Origin: Trichosphaerium sp. ATCC 40318
Lineage: Eukaryota; Protista; Tubulinea
Length of the DNA stretch: 64,000 nucleotides
NCBI GenBank assembly: GCA_038496445.1
Contig: JALMLS010000186.1
Location: 62,001 to 126,000 of the forward strand
Reading direction: 5' to 3'
Both the position numbers and the translations under genes were made by a program. The notes beneath the pieces are model-generated. The model saw nothing but the letters and a program-made list of their open reading frames with translations. It was not told the origin of the DNA and ran no database searches. This document shows, one piece after another, positions 38,609-50,107 of the stretch (the stretch's first letter is position 1; each line of letters opens with the position of its first letter).

Positions 38609-40198
38609 ATGTCCACATTGAAATTGTCAGGTAAAGTCGTTATCCTGACGTTGTTTTATATTGCTGACGCGTTTATTTAGTGTTAGAAGGAAGAAACCTT
38701 GCTCCTAAAGATAAAAACGGATTATCTGATCCGTTTGTTGTTGTAAAGCATGGGAAGCAATCAAAAAAGACAAAAGTGATAAAGAAAACACTTGTAAGTG
38801 TTTTACACAATTTCTATTTCATGAGAGCGTTTCCTTTTTTCATGGTTTGTTAAATACGCTCTATAGACACCTAAATGGAAGGGAGAAACGTTCTACTTTG
38901 AGTGCGTAAACTGACAAAACCAAAAAACTCCAAACGCGCTTCTGATCATCGTTGTTAGCAACGTCAAGGATTCAAGCGTAATTACAGTAACATGCTATGA
39001 TAAAGACAGGCTTTCTTTTTCAGATTTCATGGGCGTCATCAAAATAGACTCTGCCAAGCTAGCAGAGATTAGAGGGTCTGTTAAAACAGAGAAATGGTAT
39101 ACATTAGAGAAAAACAAGGCAAAGGATAAAGTATCAGGAGAGCTACTATTACGTCTTCAAATCCTATCTGGAGTACGCTCTTACTGCTTCATCTACTCTC
39201 TAACCTTTACGACAGCCAGACGCTAATTTTGATCCTAAAGATCTTGCAGCCTACTCTTCAGCTATCGCTGAGGCAAATGACCAAGCAGCAGTTCCTGCGC
39301 CTCCAATGCACAGTCCAGCTCCACCAAATGTTGGCGCCACTACACCTGCACCTGCACAAGGTCCTCCTATCCCTTCACCACCTCCAGGTGGCGCACCTAG
39401 GCTTCCTGTAAGTACTGGGCCAACCCCAAGTCAGCCTGTAGGCGGGCCACCTCAAGGAAGTTCTGGAGGACCGCCACCACCACCGCCAATGCCTTCAAGT
39501 AATAAACCTGCAATTGGAGGTGAGTAAACAACAAAAACAGCTCATCAGAAGGTTTTAACGATCAATGATTTACACTTATCTTAGGAATCAAAAAAGGTCC
39601 TCCTGCTAAAATTTCATTACCTCCTGGACCTAGAAAGATGCCTGTTTCAATAGCAAAGCGAGGGTGAGTGTTCAAAATGACTTGATTGCTGAAAACAGTT
39701 TGCACTTTATTTTTGACTCTTTTTATTAATTTTGGTATGTAGGAATCCTCGACGTATGTCTGGTCCACCACCAAAACAACCACTTCCAATGCCACCGTCA
39801 AGTAGAAATTTTATGGCACCAAAACCTAAAACACCACAACCAAGTCTAAAGAAAGGTACGGATTCCAAATATCGAACTTGGAAACAAACCTTTTTTTTTT
39901 TCTCATTTTTTTCTTGAGTAATTGTTTACTCTTTCTTTTTGGTGTATTTCTGATTCTTTTTTCTTTAGCGCCTATGCCTTCTTTAACACCTACACGAAAA
40001 GCACCACCTAGACCTCCTAAAAAGCCACAAAGAACTGTAAAAGCTCTATATGACTTCGCTCCAGAAGGGAAAGGTGAAGTTAGTTTAAAAGAAGGTGAAA
40101 CAGCTACAATTATATCTGAGAAGGATGGATGGTTTAAGGGTACTACAGTAAGGGGTGAAACAGGTTTCTTCCCTGTAAGCTACTGTGAGAATGTGTAA
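38609..40198 (+). CDS. C2 domain - proline-rich - SH3 adaptor
   Basis: EGRNLAPKDKNGLSDPFV; poly-Pro middle; VKALYDF...GWFKG...GFFPVSY. Confidence 0.9.
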
Positions 40199-40800
40199 AA
40201 AAAGGAATAAAAAAAAAGTTTTTCTATTAGCACCGCCCTTGTTTTGTTTATGATACAAAAGATTGCAGTTGTGACTAGGTATAATTGAAGGGACACTTTA
40301 ACATATTTGCTCTACTATTGAAGACCAACACATCACCAAATCGTGTAGAACATGTGTCGCAAAGAAAAACGATACAACTGTACAATTTTCAAAAGCGTGC
40401 GAAATGCTACATATCGAACGAGCACCAATAGTGTTACAAAACAGTTTTGGCGGAGTAACAGGCGGTTTCCAATATCTTGGTATTTTGACCAGACCACCCA
40501 GGGGACATCCATAAGTACAGCTATTCAGTACACGTGAATGCTTACTAGCTGCACGAGTAGAAACATGTGGATCAAAAATCTAAAAACCTATGAGTTCCGT
40601 ATTGTTGTTTTTAACTTAATTATCACGTTTAGTAACGTAAATAGTAACTGCGACCAGGTATAAACATAGCCGGTCGTTATTACTAAACCTCAATCCCACA
40701 ACAATTTTGTTTTAGCGGCCCCTTTTGTATTGTGTTTACACGACCTTACTCATTTTCCATGTTAAGCTAAGCACTTAATAAACCAGTTAACTATTACTAG

Positions 40801-41598
40801 ATGTCATACAAATCCCAACATTTTCACATACTACACCTTCCACTGGAGCTACACTTTTACATCATTGATATTGATATTGAAGCATACATAAAGTGGCCTT
40901 TGTTGTCGAAACAAACAGCAACAACTACAAGGTTTGATGTAGAGATGAACAAACATGGAAAATGGACAAAGTATACAGTTGCTGATACAGCCAAGCGAGT
41001 ATTTCAAGAGAATTGGATGAATGGTAAACTTCATGGAGCATGTAGAAAGTGGTATGATAGTAGTCAACTTGATAGCCAGTTCTACTATGCAAATGGTAAA
41101 CTTGAAGGAGATTTCAAGGGATGGTACAAGAACGGGCAACTAGGTGAGCACTGTAAATATGTTAATGGTAAGAGAGAAGGACAGTATAATGTTTGGCTTC
41201 CTAGCGGAGAATTGAGAGAGAAGCATCACTATGTAAAAGGAAAACTTGATGGTGAGTCAAAACATTGGTACAAGAATGGACAAATTAGGAAACAGCTTTT
41301 TTTTATCAATGGCATACAAGAAGGAGAGTACAAATGTTGGCACAAAAATGGTCATTTGATGTTTAAATTTAACCTTGTCAATGGCGTTTATGAAGGACAA
41401 CAGCTTTTGTGGCATTCACGAAATCAGCTTTCTGAAGAATATTATTGTGTTGCTGGTAAAAAACATGGAGTGTACAAGATCTGGTATAAAAATGGACAAC
41501 TAAAATTAGAAGGTAAGTACAACAATAACAAACTAGAAGAAGCAAAAAGATGGTATGAAGACGGAAAACCATTATTGTACAAGTTTGTTGGGGTATAG
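40801..41598 (+). CDS. Intronless F-box + MORN-variant repeat protein
   Basis: ILHLPLELHFYIIDID...KWPLLSK; (GKLEGxxKxWYKNGQL)n. Confidence 0.88.
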   Translation: MSYKSQHFHILHLPLELHFYIIDIDIEAYIKWPLLSKQTATTTRFDVEMNKHGKWTKYTVADTAKRVFQENWMNGKLHGACRKWYDSSQLDSQFYYANGKLEGDFKGWYKNGQLGEHCKYVNGKREGQYNVWLPSGELREKHHYVKGKLDGESKHWYKNGQIRKQLFFINGIQEGEYKCWHKNGHLMFKFNLVNGVYEGQQLLWHSRNQLSEEYYCVAGKKHGVYKIWYKNGQLKLEGKYNNNKLEEAKRWYEDGKPLLYKFVGV

Positions 41599-41787
41599 CG
41601 AGGGTCTGCCCATTTTATTTATACACAGTAATTAGTATTGATGTATTTATGAACCAAAATGCAGATAAAATTAGTACAGTGTTGAGCGTTCTTCCAAACA
41701 GTTGAATACGTGAATATTGTTTTTCTAAAGTTGTATTGACAACTACAGATATACAAGTAATGGAACAAGTATAACCCAACTTGTCTA

Positions 41788-42609
41788 TTAGTATTTGACG
41801 GTACATCCTTTCTCTTTCAATGCCATAATACCAGCTGTTGATAGTGAGTTACAACCAAACAATAGTGCTCTATGTACACCCTCCAGTGCCTTCAAACCCT
41901 GCTCTGTTATATTTGTGTACGACAAGTTGACTTCATGTGCTCCTGCTAACGCTTTCAAACCTTCATCTGTTACTTCTGTATTTGACAATTTAATTGCATG
42001 TACACCTGCTAACACCTTTATACCTTCATCTGTAATCGATTTGCACGTATTTAAGCTGATAGTATGTACACCAGCCAACGCCTTCAAACCTTCATCTGTC
42101 ACGTTTGTACATGCTAAATCAATCTCATGTACACCTGCCAACGACTTTATACCTTCATCTGTTATTGATCCGCAGTTAGACAACCCGATTTTATGTATAC
42201 CAGCCAAGGCCTTCAAGCCTTCATCTGTCACCTCTGTGCACCCTAAATCGATCTCATGTACACCTGCCAACGCCTTTATACCGTCATCTGTAATCAATTC
42301 ACACATGGCTACGTTGATAGTATGTACACCTGCTAACATCTTCATATGGTTATCATCTAGTGTACTATGACACTGAACACGAATTGGTGTATTTAGGAGT
42401 AACGGGCTGCCGGAAAGCATCTTCACTTTACTTACGCTGCGAATATCAATAGCAGTATATCCTACGTGGCTGTGAACGATATCTCGCAATAAGCGGCATG
42501 TTTGGGCTGAACGGAGCGTATAACTCCCTTGTTTGAGAATACGCGCTATTATTTCGACTGGGAGTGCTAAGAGCTCACTTGCGGCCTTTTCAGTGTATCC
42601 TTGGCTCAT
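41788..42609 (-). CDS. Intronless F-box/LRR protein
   Basis: LLALPVEIIARILKQG...AQTCRLLRDIV; alternating 22/21-aa AGVHxIxL...TDEGxKAL repeats. Confidence 0.9.
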   Translation of the reverse strand: MSQGYTEKAASELLALPVEIIARILKQGSYTLRSAQTCRLLRDIVHSHVGYTAIDIRSVSKVKMLSGSPLLLNTPIRVQCHSTLDDNHMKMLAGVHTINVAMCELITDDGIKALAGVHEIDLGCTEVTDEGLKALAGIHKIGLSNCGSITDEGIKSLAGVHEIDLACTNVTDEGLKALAGVHTISLNTCKSITDEGIKVLAGVHAIKLSNTEVTDEGLKALAGAHEVNLSYTNITEQGLKALEGVHRALLFGCNSLSTAGIMALKEKGCTVKY

Positions 42610-42786
42610 TTTGTTAGAATTAACGTGTAAGACGCGGCCTAGTTGTGAGATACGTGTTATTGAAAGTTAACATAAGTACTACTTTCAAAGAATACAATGT
42701 GTTTCGTAATGTAGACTTTCGACGAGAATGAGTCTACGGTAAATACACTACAACTACTCATAAAGAGCTATCTAGCATGTAGTATC

Positions 42787-42966
42787 TCAACAAAAACTGA
42801 GATCAATAGTGTGAACTCCAGAAAGAGCTTTTATCCCTTCATCTGTAACCATAGTGTGAGAAATATCAATGGTATGAACACCAGCAAGTGATTTTACACC
42901 TTCATCTGTAATGTGCTTACACCGTTCAAGATTGATGGAATGAACACCAGCAAGGGTTTTTAAACA
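42787..42966 (-). pseudogene. Orphan LRR cassette (about 2.5 units)
   Basis: LAGVHSINLERCKHITDEGVKSLAGVHTIDISHTMVTDEGIKALSGVHTIDLSFC*; no F-box or start codon. Confidence 0.8.
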
Positions 42967-43077
42967 TGCTTATACATAGACGCTGTGCCATTCATCTTGG
43001 TGAGAATATAGAACGTTTTAAAGTTAGATACAAAACGTCTTGGATAAAGGAGTCACCGTGTATCAACGTGACCTCTT

Positions 43078-43195
43078 GTTGAAGTATGTGAGTGTATGAA
43101 TATTTCAAAGGAGTTGGGTACTAAGAAAAAAATAACATACACATGTTTTTATTGTGAAGAATCATCACGTGAAGAATCATTTGAGGAATCAAGCA
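43078..43195 (+). pseudogene. Orphan copy of the 3' end of the 31203 F-box/LRR gene
   Basis: gaagtatgtgagtgtatgaatatttcaaaggagttgg...gaagaatcatc...gaggaatcaag matches the reverse complement of about 31238-31357. Confidence 0.8.
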
Positions 43196-43540
43196 AATGA
43201 ACTTCAAGTCCTTGTTACTAACATGAGTTCTTGCTACGCAGAACAATGTAGCATTAGCAACTCATAACATTGGCCGCCGCATTAATATTAGTATCAATAA
43301 AATGGACACGTGTTTTTTTCGAATACCCTTTTAAACTTGCGCCAATGGGAACAAAACTGTCATTTCAAGCTCCGGAATTTTGATTACACAACGTTTACTC
43401 TTTCTAACTCCTTTGTGTCTCATTTCATATTTCTGAGTGTTAGACTATTTCCCCGCACTCTAAATGTGTGCTTTTGGTGAGTCTTTCTTCGGACTTAAAT
43501 GTGAGTTTTTAGGTAAAACTTTTTAGCAATAATTACAGAG

Positions 43541-45804
43541 ATGACCGGAGCAATTATTTGGATGTTGTTATTTTTAGTCTTTACACCTATTGTAAACGCA
43601 GTCGTTACTGTTATTAACGGGACAGCATCTGGAGAAGACTTCACGATTTATTCAACGCCATTAATATTCGGTGGTAACTCCCTGCACTTTACAGCAATAC
43701 AAGACGCTCCTATTTCCTTTATTAATAATGTCGTTTCGGGTTAGATTTTGTTTTTTTATAAACTTTGAATACCACGACTACTCATTCGCGTAAACTAGGG
43801 TCAGCAGTTTATATACCTTTCTATCAAGCGTCTACAGCAAATCTACTCAATGCTATGGATTCAGGAGCTGTAGCTATTATCTATTCAAAGCCAGTATTCT
43901 TTACAAACAATGGATGTACAATGTACTTCAATTATGGTATCTCCCCTTTCCTTAGCGACAACCCCACGTGTTGACGTAATTTCTAAATACAGTTCAAAAA
44001 ACTGCTATATTATACGAAAATCAGCCTTATTGCCACCCCAACACTTCTGTTGTGGCGCACAACCAACCCTATTTGAGCGAATCAGCTCAGCTTTTTTTTC
44101 GGTCTTTCAGAAATTGTCATCCTTTTTGTACTAAAATGACCTCATATTGTTTGTAGCCAGGAGTCTTTCTAGAATTACTATACCAATAGTGGAGGTATCA
44201 GATATTGATTCGGAAGGAGTATTGAATGATACAGTTAGAGTAACTATAACTGATAGTACGACTTAAAACTACGATCTCACTTACTAACTTTAAGCGCCAT
44301 AGATTACAACCCATGTCACGGGTTTTTTAGAGGAGCTGGATTTATTACTATACAAGCAATAGTATCATTCTTGTGTGTCATAGCATTAATACTATGCTAC
44401 TTTAGGTACTATTACCTCAGCTATTTTGAGTAAGTTCACGTTTTTTTTACATCCATATTTAGGCTTTATCAGTATTACAAAAACAACCAATTGTTTATTC
44501 TCTCGCTTGGTTTGGTTGCTATTCTTTTAGAAATTATAGCGAATACATGTACGGTTTATAACAAAAGATACGTAATCAGCTAATTGAACATCTTAGTCAG
44601 GCTTATTTCGATTATCAATTTCCTTGGATCAAACTTACTATACACCCCGAACTTCGATGAATTTATGCTCTATATATCCTTCCCTTTTTCTACAATAACA
44701 AATGTAATGATCATTATGTTTTGGTATGTTACAAAACGAATATCACGTGATTTTGACTTTTTTTTAAAGGCACGAAGCGCTTGTTTCAAAAAGTGTTAAG
44801 ATACATACTTTTTTGAAGTCAATTAAGTTTAGAATTGCCATTGTCGTTCTGAGCATTATACTCATTGTATTCGAGTTTCTAGTTGCTACAATACGTATTA
44901 CAAGTGATATGCCACCAATAGCAATAATACGTTTGCCTCAAGTATTTGGTATTGTGGTGAACTTTGGTGCTTTAGTATACGGATGTGTTATTCTAGTTTT
45001 GGTACGTTATAACCTACTTATCAACAGCTTTTGGACTCAATTATTCAATGTTTAAAGTCATTCGCTCTCGTTGAACTAACTATCCTTCTATAAAATACTC
45101 TTAAAAAACATGCTTTCGATGACTTCTTTAATTTTGTGGATTTTATTTTGTTCTTTGTTTGCACGGAGTCTTACTCCCATTTATTTTATTCAAAGTTTAA
45201 TTTAGTATTTTAACTTACGACATTGTGAAATTACTTAACAAACGGTGTTAAGGTGCTTCAGCGAGCTGGTGGCTTTAAAAGTATAAAAGAAAACAACCTT
45301 GTGAAAAAAGTACGAATTCTTGCCTCTGTTAATTGTATTTATATAAGTCACGTGATTCTGAAGGATCATGTTATTCTTTTAATCTTAAAAACCATTTTTT
45401 GCAATAGCCACTGTTGATTTCAGTGCTTGAAGTTACTAGGCAAACTAAAAATCACGTTTTAGTAGTACAACAACTTACATATTTTTTTTTTGTCTAGATA
45501 CTATTCCGATTGGCTGCAAACACTGTCCTGCTTGTTGCACTCATTGTTAGTCTTATCATATTGATGCTCCCTCCAGCTATAGATTTAAAAAAAGTTCTAT
45601 ACGCTTTCGGAGCTAGCTATGCTTCTCAAACTTTGCTATCCATTTTACAAGTAAGTAACTATGTTTAACCACGCTAAGTTATTTTTTAAGGTTTATTCAT
45701 TTCAGCCATATAAAAAGAGGAATACAACAGTCTCTTTCAGTAGTTCAGGTAAAACCCATGCTAAGGAATCTGAAGGGACACAAAACAATAGTGTCAAGCC
45801 CTAA
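43541..45804 (+). CDS. Multi-pass (about 7TM) membrane protein with PA-like ectodomain
   Basis: Signal peptide; LLNAMDSGAVAIIY and LLPIVEV (PA-like); several hydrophobic exons; Ser-rich tail. Confidence 0.6.
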
Positions 45805-46183
45805 TAATGCAATCAAACGTTGTGAATAAATCCAGTAAGTACAGCGGAAATTAACAATCCACAAAATAAGTTTAGCCTATTGAACTTAAGTGACAAGGTA
45901 AGCATTTGGTGTTGGCTGGTATCCATACAATTCAGTTACTGTACTGTCACAGTATAACAGATGAAGGTACAATTGGTTGGTGTAAATCCAGAGTAAATTA
46001 GTGTCGAAACCCACGAGCATTTAATGACAAAAGTAGTACAACAAGTATTAGTGAAACGTGTGAAAGTTGAGTGTAAAATACGAGAACAGGTTCATTGTTA
46101 CACATCAACGGCGACAAATCTCATATCAGCTCAAACACCTCTGACCTTTGAAACAAAGCTATTTATTTTTTTTGTGTTTTTTT

Positions 46184-47202
46184 TTATGCTGAGTAATATA
46201 CGGTTAGCGTTGCTTGTCTTACATGGTTGTCCCACCCAGGGTATGTACTACGTATAAACAATCCTACAGCTAATTTTTCGTCTTGAAACCTCTTCACTAT
46301 TGGATGAGTGTGATCATATAGCTCCGAGTGAAGCTGCCATGTGTTATCCGCATGAATATTAGTATAGCAGCGCACTCCATCACCTTTCTGAACAAATTTT
46401 TCGTCTTCAGATAGGCCAACCAAATTGAGCTCTCCCCTAATAAACAATTATAAAGTTTAGTCACACTTTACTAAAAGGTGAAAAAAAAGAAGAGTTTGTT
46501 ATTAAATAGCAACCATTTTAAGCTTGTACTTTCGATTATCTAGGCGAACAAGTCCTTATCCACTTTACATGTTTCCGCCCTGAACAAGCTTTACTTGCGT
46601 AGGAAACATGCTAGTATTTGCACTCATTTGAGGTAAAAAAGACGAAAACGAGCGAGTTTTCGTGTAAATAAAAAAAAAACGAATTTCGGAGAAGTTTCGT
46701 TGTAATAACAGAGAAACACAAAATTCGAATTTTGCCCTATCCAACGCACTGACATGCCCTCAGGGTTGTATTTCGTACCATGTATAACTTCTTTGTTTTG
46801 TTCCCTGACTTTCAGGATAAGAACTCCATCCTTGATCATGACTTGAACACGTGAAGCCAAAAGCCTTTATACGTATCTGGCTTTCTACAGGGTAAGGCAT
46901 TGACAAGTATAACTTGTTCATATTAGTCCCGTTCATACTCACAGAGGTTGAAACAGTGTGCTGTAGCCAAAATCTAGCGTCATCGAAGATAATAGAGATG
47001 ATTTCTATAAAAAGGAATAAGTAATCATTTTGTGTTTTTGTCTGTTTTACGCTTATTCGCCCGTATTTTATTGTGTGAGTATTGAGAATGCTTTCGTACC
47101 TATTGGGAGTCCTGGGATTGTGTTTGTACCATTTTGGAGCCTTTCGCGTAATTGAACCATTAGAACAGCGTCATAGCCTTCATTTTTACTTTCCGCCTCC
47201 AT
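46184..47202 (-). CDS. Conserved hypothetical protein (SHDQGW...PGWxNHV family) with F-box-like N-terminal helix
   Basis: PGLPIEIISIIFDDARFW; SSHDQGWSSYPE...SYTW; RSTYPGWDNHVRQATLTVYY; 3 exons. Confidence 0.65.
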
Positions 47203-47728
47203 AACGTGCTGTATAAACGGTTTAAGTTCGTGCACACCTTAATAAATAGATTAAGCGAAGTGTTAAAAGGAGGAAATGAAAGAATAGGTAGTGCAATATA
47301 GCAGAAAATTTTCAAGCTCTACATAGGTGCTCACATGATTTGGTTGCTTGCCGTCACACATGCCCAACTAAATATAAAGTAATTTAGTTGGTACAAATTA
47401 GATAGAAAAATACGAAAATGAAGTAGAGTATTTTTTCTTTCTTCACAAATAGGTCAAATTTAAAGTCCTTAGAGTCGGTTAAGCCGAGTCATTTATGTTG
47501 GCAAAAGCTGGGTAGATCTAAGTCACTATATTTGGCGAACGCAGCAGGTAACTACAGCTCATTTTGAATTTAACACGACAATCTAGGTCAACTCAATGAT
47601 TGCGGCGCACCCTTAGTCTTAACTTCTTGAACAGTGTGCGTAGAAACATCACTCAGTTTCACATCACCTTCCAGGATTCAACTTGGTTTGTTTATTTGTT
47701 ATTGACAAGTTTAGTTAGAAATACACTT

Positions 47729-48518
47729 TTATTTTCTTCCACCACGGATACGCCAATTTGGTGACCTGTCCTCCTTGGGTTTATTGTAAGCCATGTATAT
47801 AGATCTGCGCCTTTATAACAGTAAGTACTACAAGTGCAACCAGCTGAAGTCTAACATGAGTCTTCAACTTACCTTGTTCTTTTACCACCTTCTTCTTGAG
47901 GTTTTTTTTCTACAGGCATTATTTCATTTTCGCTCAGCGATCGCTTTAAAAAGTTCTTTCCTTTAGCAGTAGCTAATGCTGCTCTACCACCTTTGGCATT
48001 GTTATTGGCATTTTTTGCTGGTTTGCGTATGTTTTGCTTATTATGAACAGGCTTTGAAGGTTTTTTGGGAGCACGTGGTTTGGGCAACGCTTCGTACATT
48101 GAGACTGCTCTTTGTCGTTCTGAAATTTCTGTTTTGTTATCAAAATCTCTGTATGCCTCTGCAAGCGTATTCCGTGGCGTCGTGGGCCGTGTATTAGTGG
48201 TTTCGGCGTTTTTCTTTTTCTTTTTTGTTGCGTTTGGTTTTGGTAGTGCTCCGTAACGACATGCCAACTCACGTGCTCGATGTTGCGCAGCCACCGGCTT
48301 TTTATGTCCTGTTATGAATTCATCAGGTATTGATACACTTCTATTTAATGGAAATGGTCTATATAATTAAACACGTGTTAGAGAATTGGAGTGCAGCTTA
48401 TTTGGATAAAAAAAAATGTAACTAACGGAGATTCCTCTTCCTTTGGAGTAGGAGCAGAAGTTACAGCTCTTTTGAGTTGCCTTGTAGTGGAGCCCTTTCT
48501 GGCTCGTCTTAGAGACAT
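47729..48518 (-). CDS. Basic disordered protein, paralog 1
   Basis: MSLRRARKGS; NRSVSIPDEFI; YGALP/YEALP motifs; last exon RRRSIYMAYNK...WRI. Confidence 0.65.
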
Positions 48519-48953
48519 TGCCATTCAATGACTTAGAGCTTGAATTAAGGTATGGCTATGAATTTAGAGGAAAATTATTTCGCTTTTTCAACGAAACTCG
48601 CTGTCGGATCATTGGGTGAAAGATATTTATAGCATGCGTAGAGGTGTTTGCATTATCTACAATGTATGTGTATGCAACCATTCTAATACCTGCAGAAAGA
48701 GTCGCCAGCAACAACGAAATCAGAAAAACGTCTGTAAAAATCACGTTTTTACAATAAGTCCTCAGTACAACAAAGCGTGTTTTGAATATGATCTTCACTT
48801 ATAATGGTCAGGATAATACTGTTGTAATCCGACATTAAGCCTGTCTCAAATAGCTACTTTTTGTACAACAAGCATATGTTTTCTGTTAATTTACACTCAA
48901 TGGTAATCTTTATTGGTACATCATTGTAGAAAGTCCTTGTTGACAATACAGAG

Positions 48954-49720
48954 TTATTTCTCTCTATGGATACGCCAATTTGGTGGTCTGTCCTCTTTGG
49001 CTTTATTATACGCTAAGTAGACAGATCTACGCCTTCAAGAAAGTCAGAAAAAATGGTATTTCAGCTTGAAAACAACAATCAATCAGTAGAGTTCTTCTTA
49101 CCTTGTTCGTTTTCCGCCATGTTGTGGTGTTTGTTTTTCCAACTCAATTATTTCGTTTTCGCTCAGCGATCGCTGAAGCATTCTTTTCCCTGTAGCTCTA
49201 GAAATCACCCTTCTACCATCTTTGATCGTTTTCTTTGGAGGTTTTCTGGCTCCACGTGTTGGTAACGCTTCGAACATTAAACTTGACCGCTTTCCACGTG
49301 GTCTAGGCAACGCTTCGTACATCGAAACTGCTCGCTTTCTTTTTGTCCTATTGTCAACTGCACTACTATCACTATACGCCTTGATTATTGCTTCTGAAGG
49401 CGTCGGTTCTTTAATTAAGTTTGATTTTGTATTTTTTTCGGCATTATTTTGTTTAGATGGCGGTTTAGGTAGTGCTCCATAAGCACATGCAAGCGCACGT
49501 TTTTTTGGCTTTTTCTTTGGTCTTGTAATAAACTCGTCTGGCATTGATACGCTTCTGTTTAGTCGGAGCTTCTTTGTACTAAGTAGAGTGTTAATGGAGA
49601 ACAGCTTATTTTGGAGTTAATTTAGTATGATCACCTTGATTCTTCCTTTTTTGAATTCTTGGGTATTGGTTTATTAATGTTTGTTGTCAGAGAACCTTTT
49701 CTTGCTCTTCGTAGACTCAT
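48954..49720 (-). CDS. Basic disordered protein, paralog 2
   Basis: Same motifs and last-intron position as 47729-48518. Confidence 0.65.
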
Positions 49721-50107
49721 GTTTGTACCTGTGTTCAGTTTATTATCTTTTGATATTAAGTCAATGCACGTGTGCAAAACTTGAACGGGTAGAATTTTTA
49801 GCTAAAAAATCAACTAATCATTGAAAATACCCGTAGGTTTATGAGAACATAGTATATAATCAACCCTACATCTCCACACCATACTGAAAATTACCATCAA
49901 AAGACGTAAAGAATGAATTGGGTGTTTGACGGGCCAAATTAAATGTGACAACAAGTTTTTCTTACTAAAATTCACTTCAAGCCCGAAACAATCAGCTGGA
50001 AGAGCTATTTTTATTACTATCCTTACTGGAGAAAAACATGAACGCAAGGCTAGATATGCGAAGTTTTTATTTAGATCACGTTTAAAAGAACCGAGGACCG
50101 TCTTTTT

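Noticed and set aside
41795-42370. Long antisense ORFs opposite LRR genes (also 16420-16719, 18699-18995, 31573-31848)
   Set aside because: These are shadows of the repetitive sense-strand codons.
42706-42738. gtagact...agtctac hairpin as a Mimivirus-type polyadenylation hairpin
   Set aside because: Only a 7-bp stem; several intronless genes are instead followed by AATAAA.
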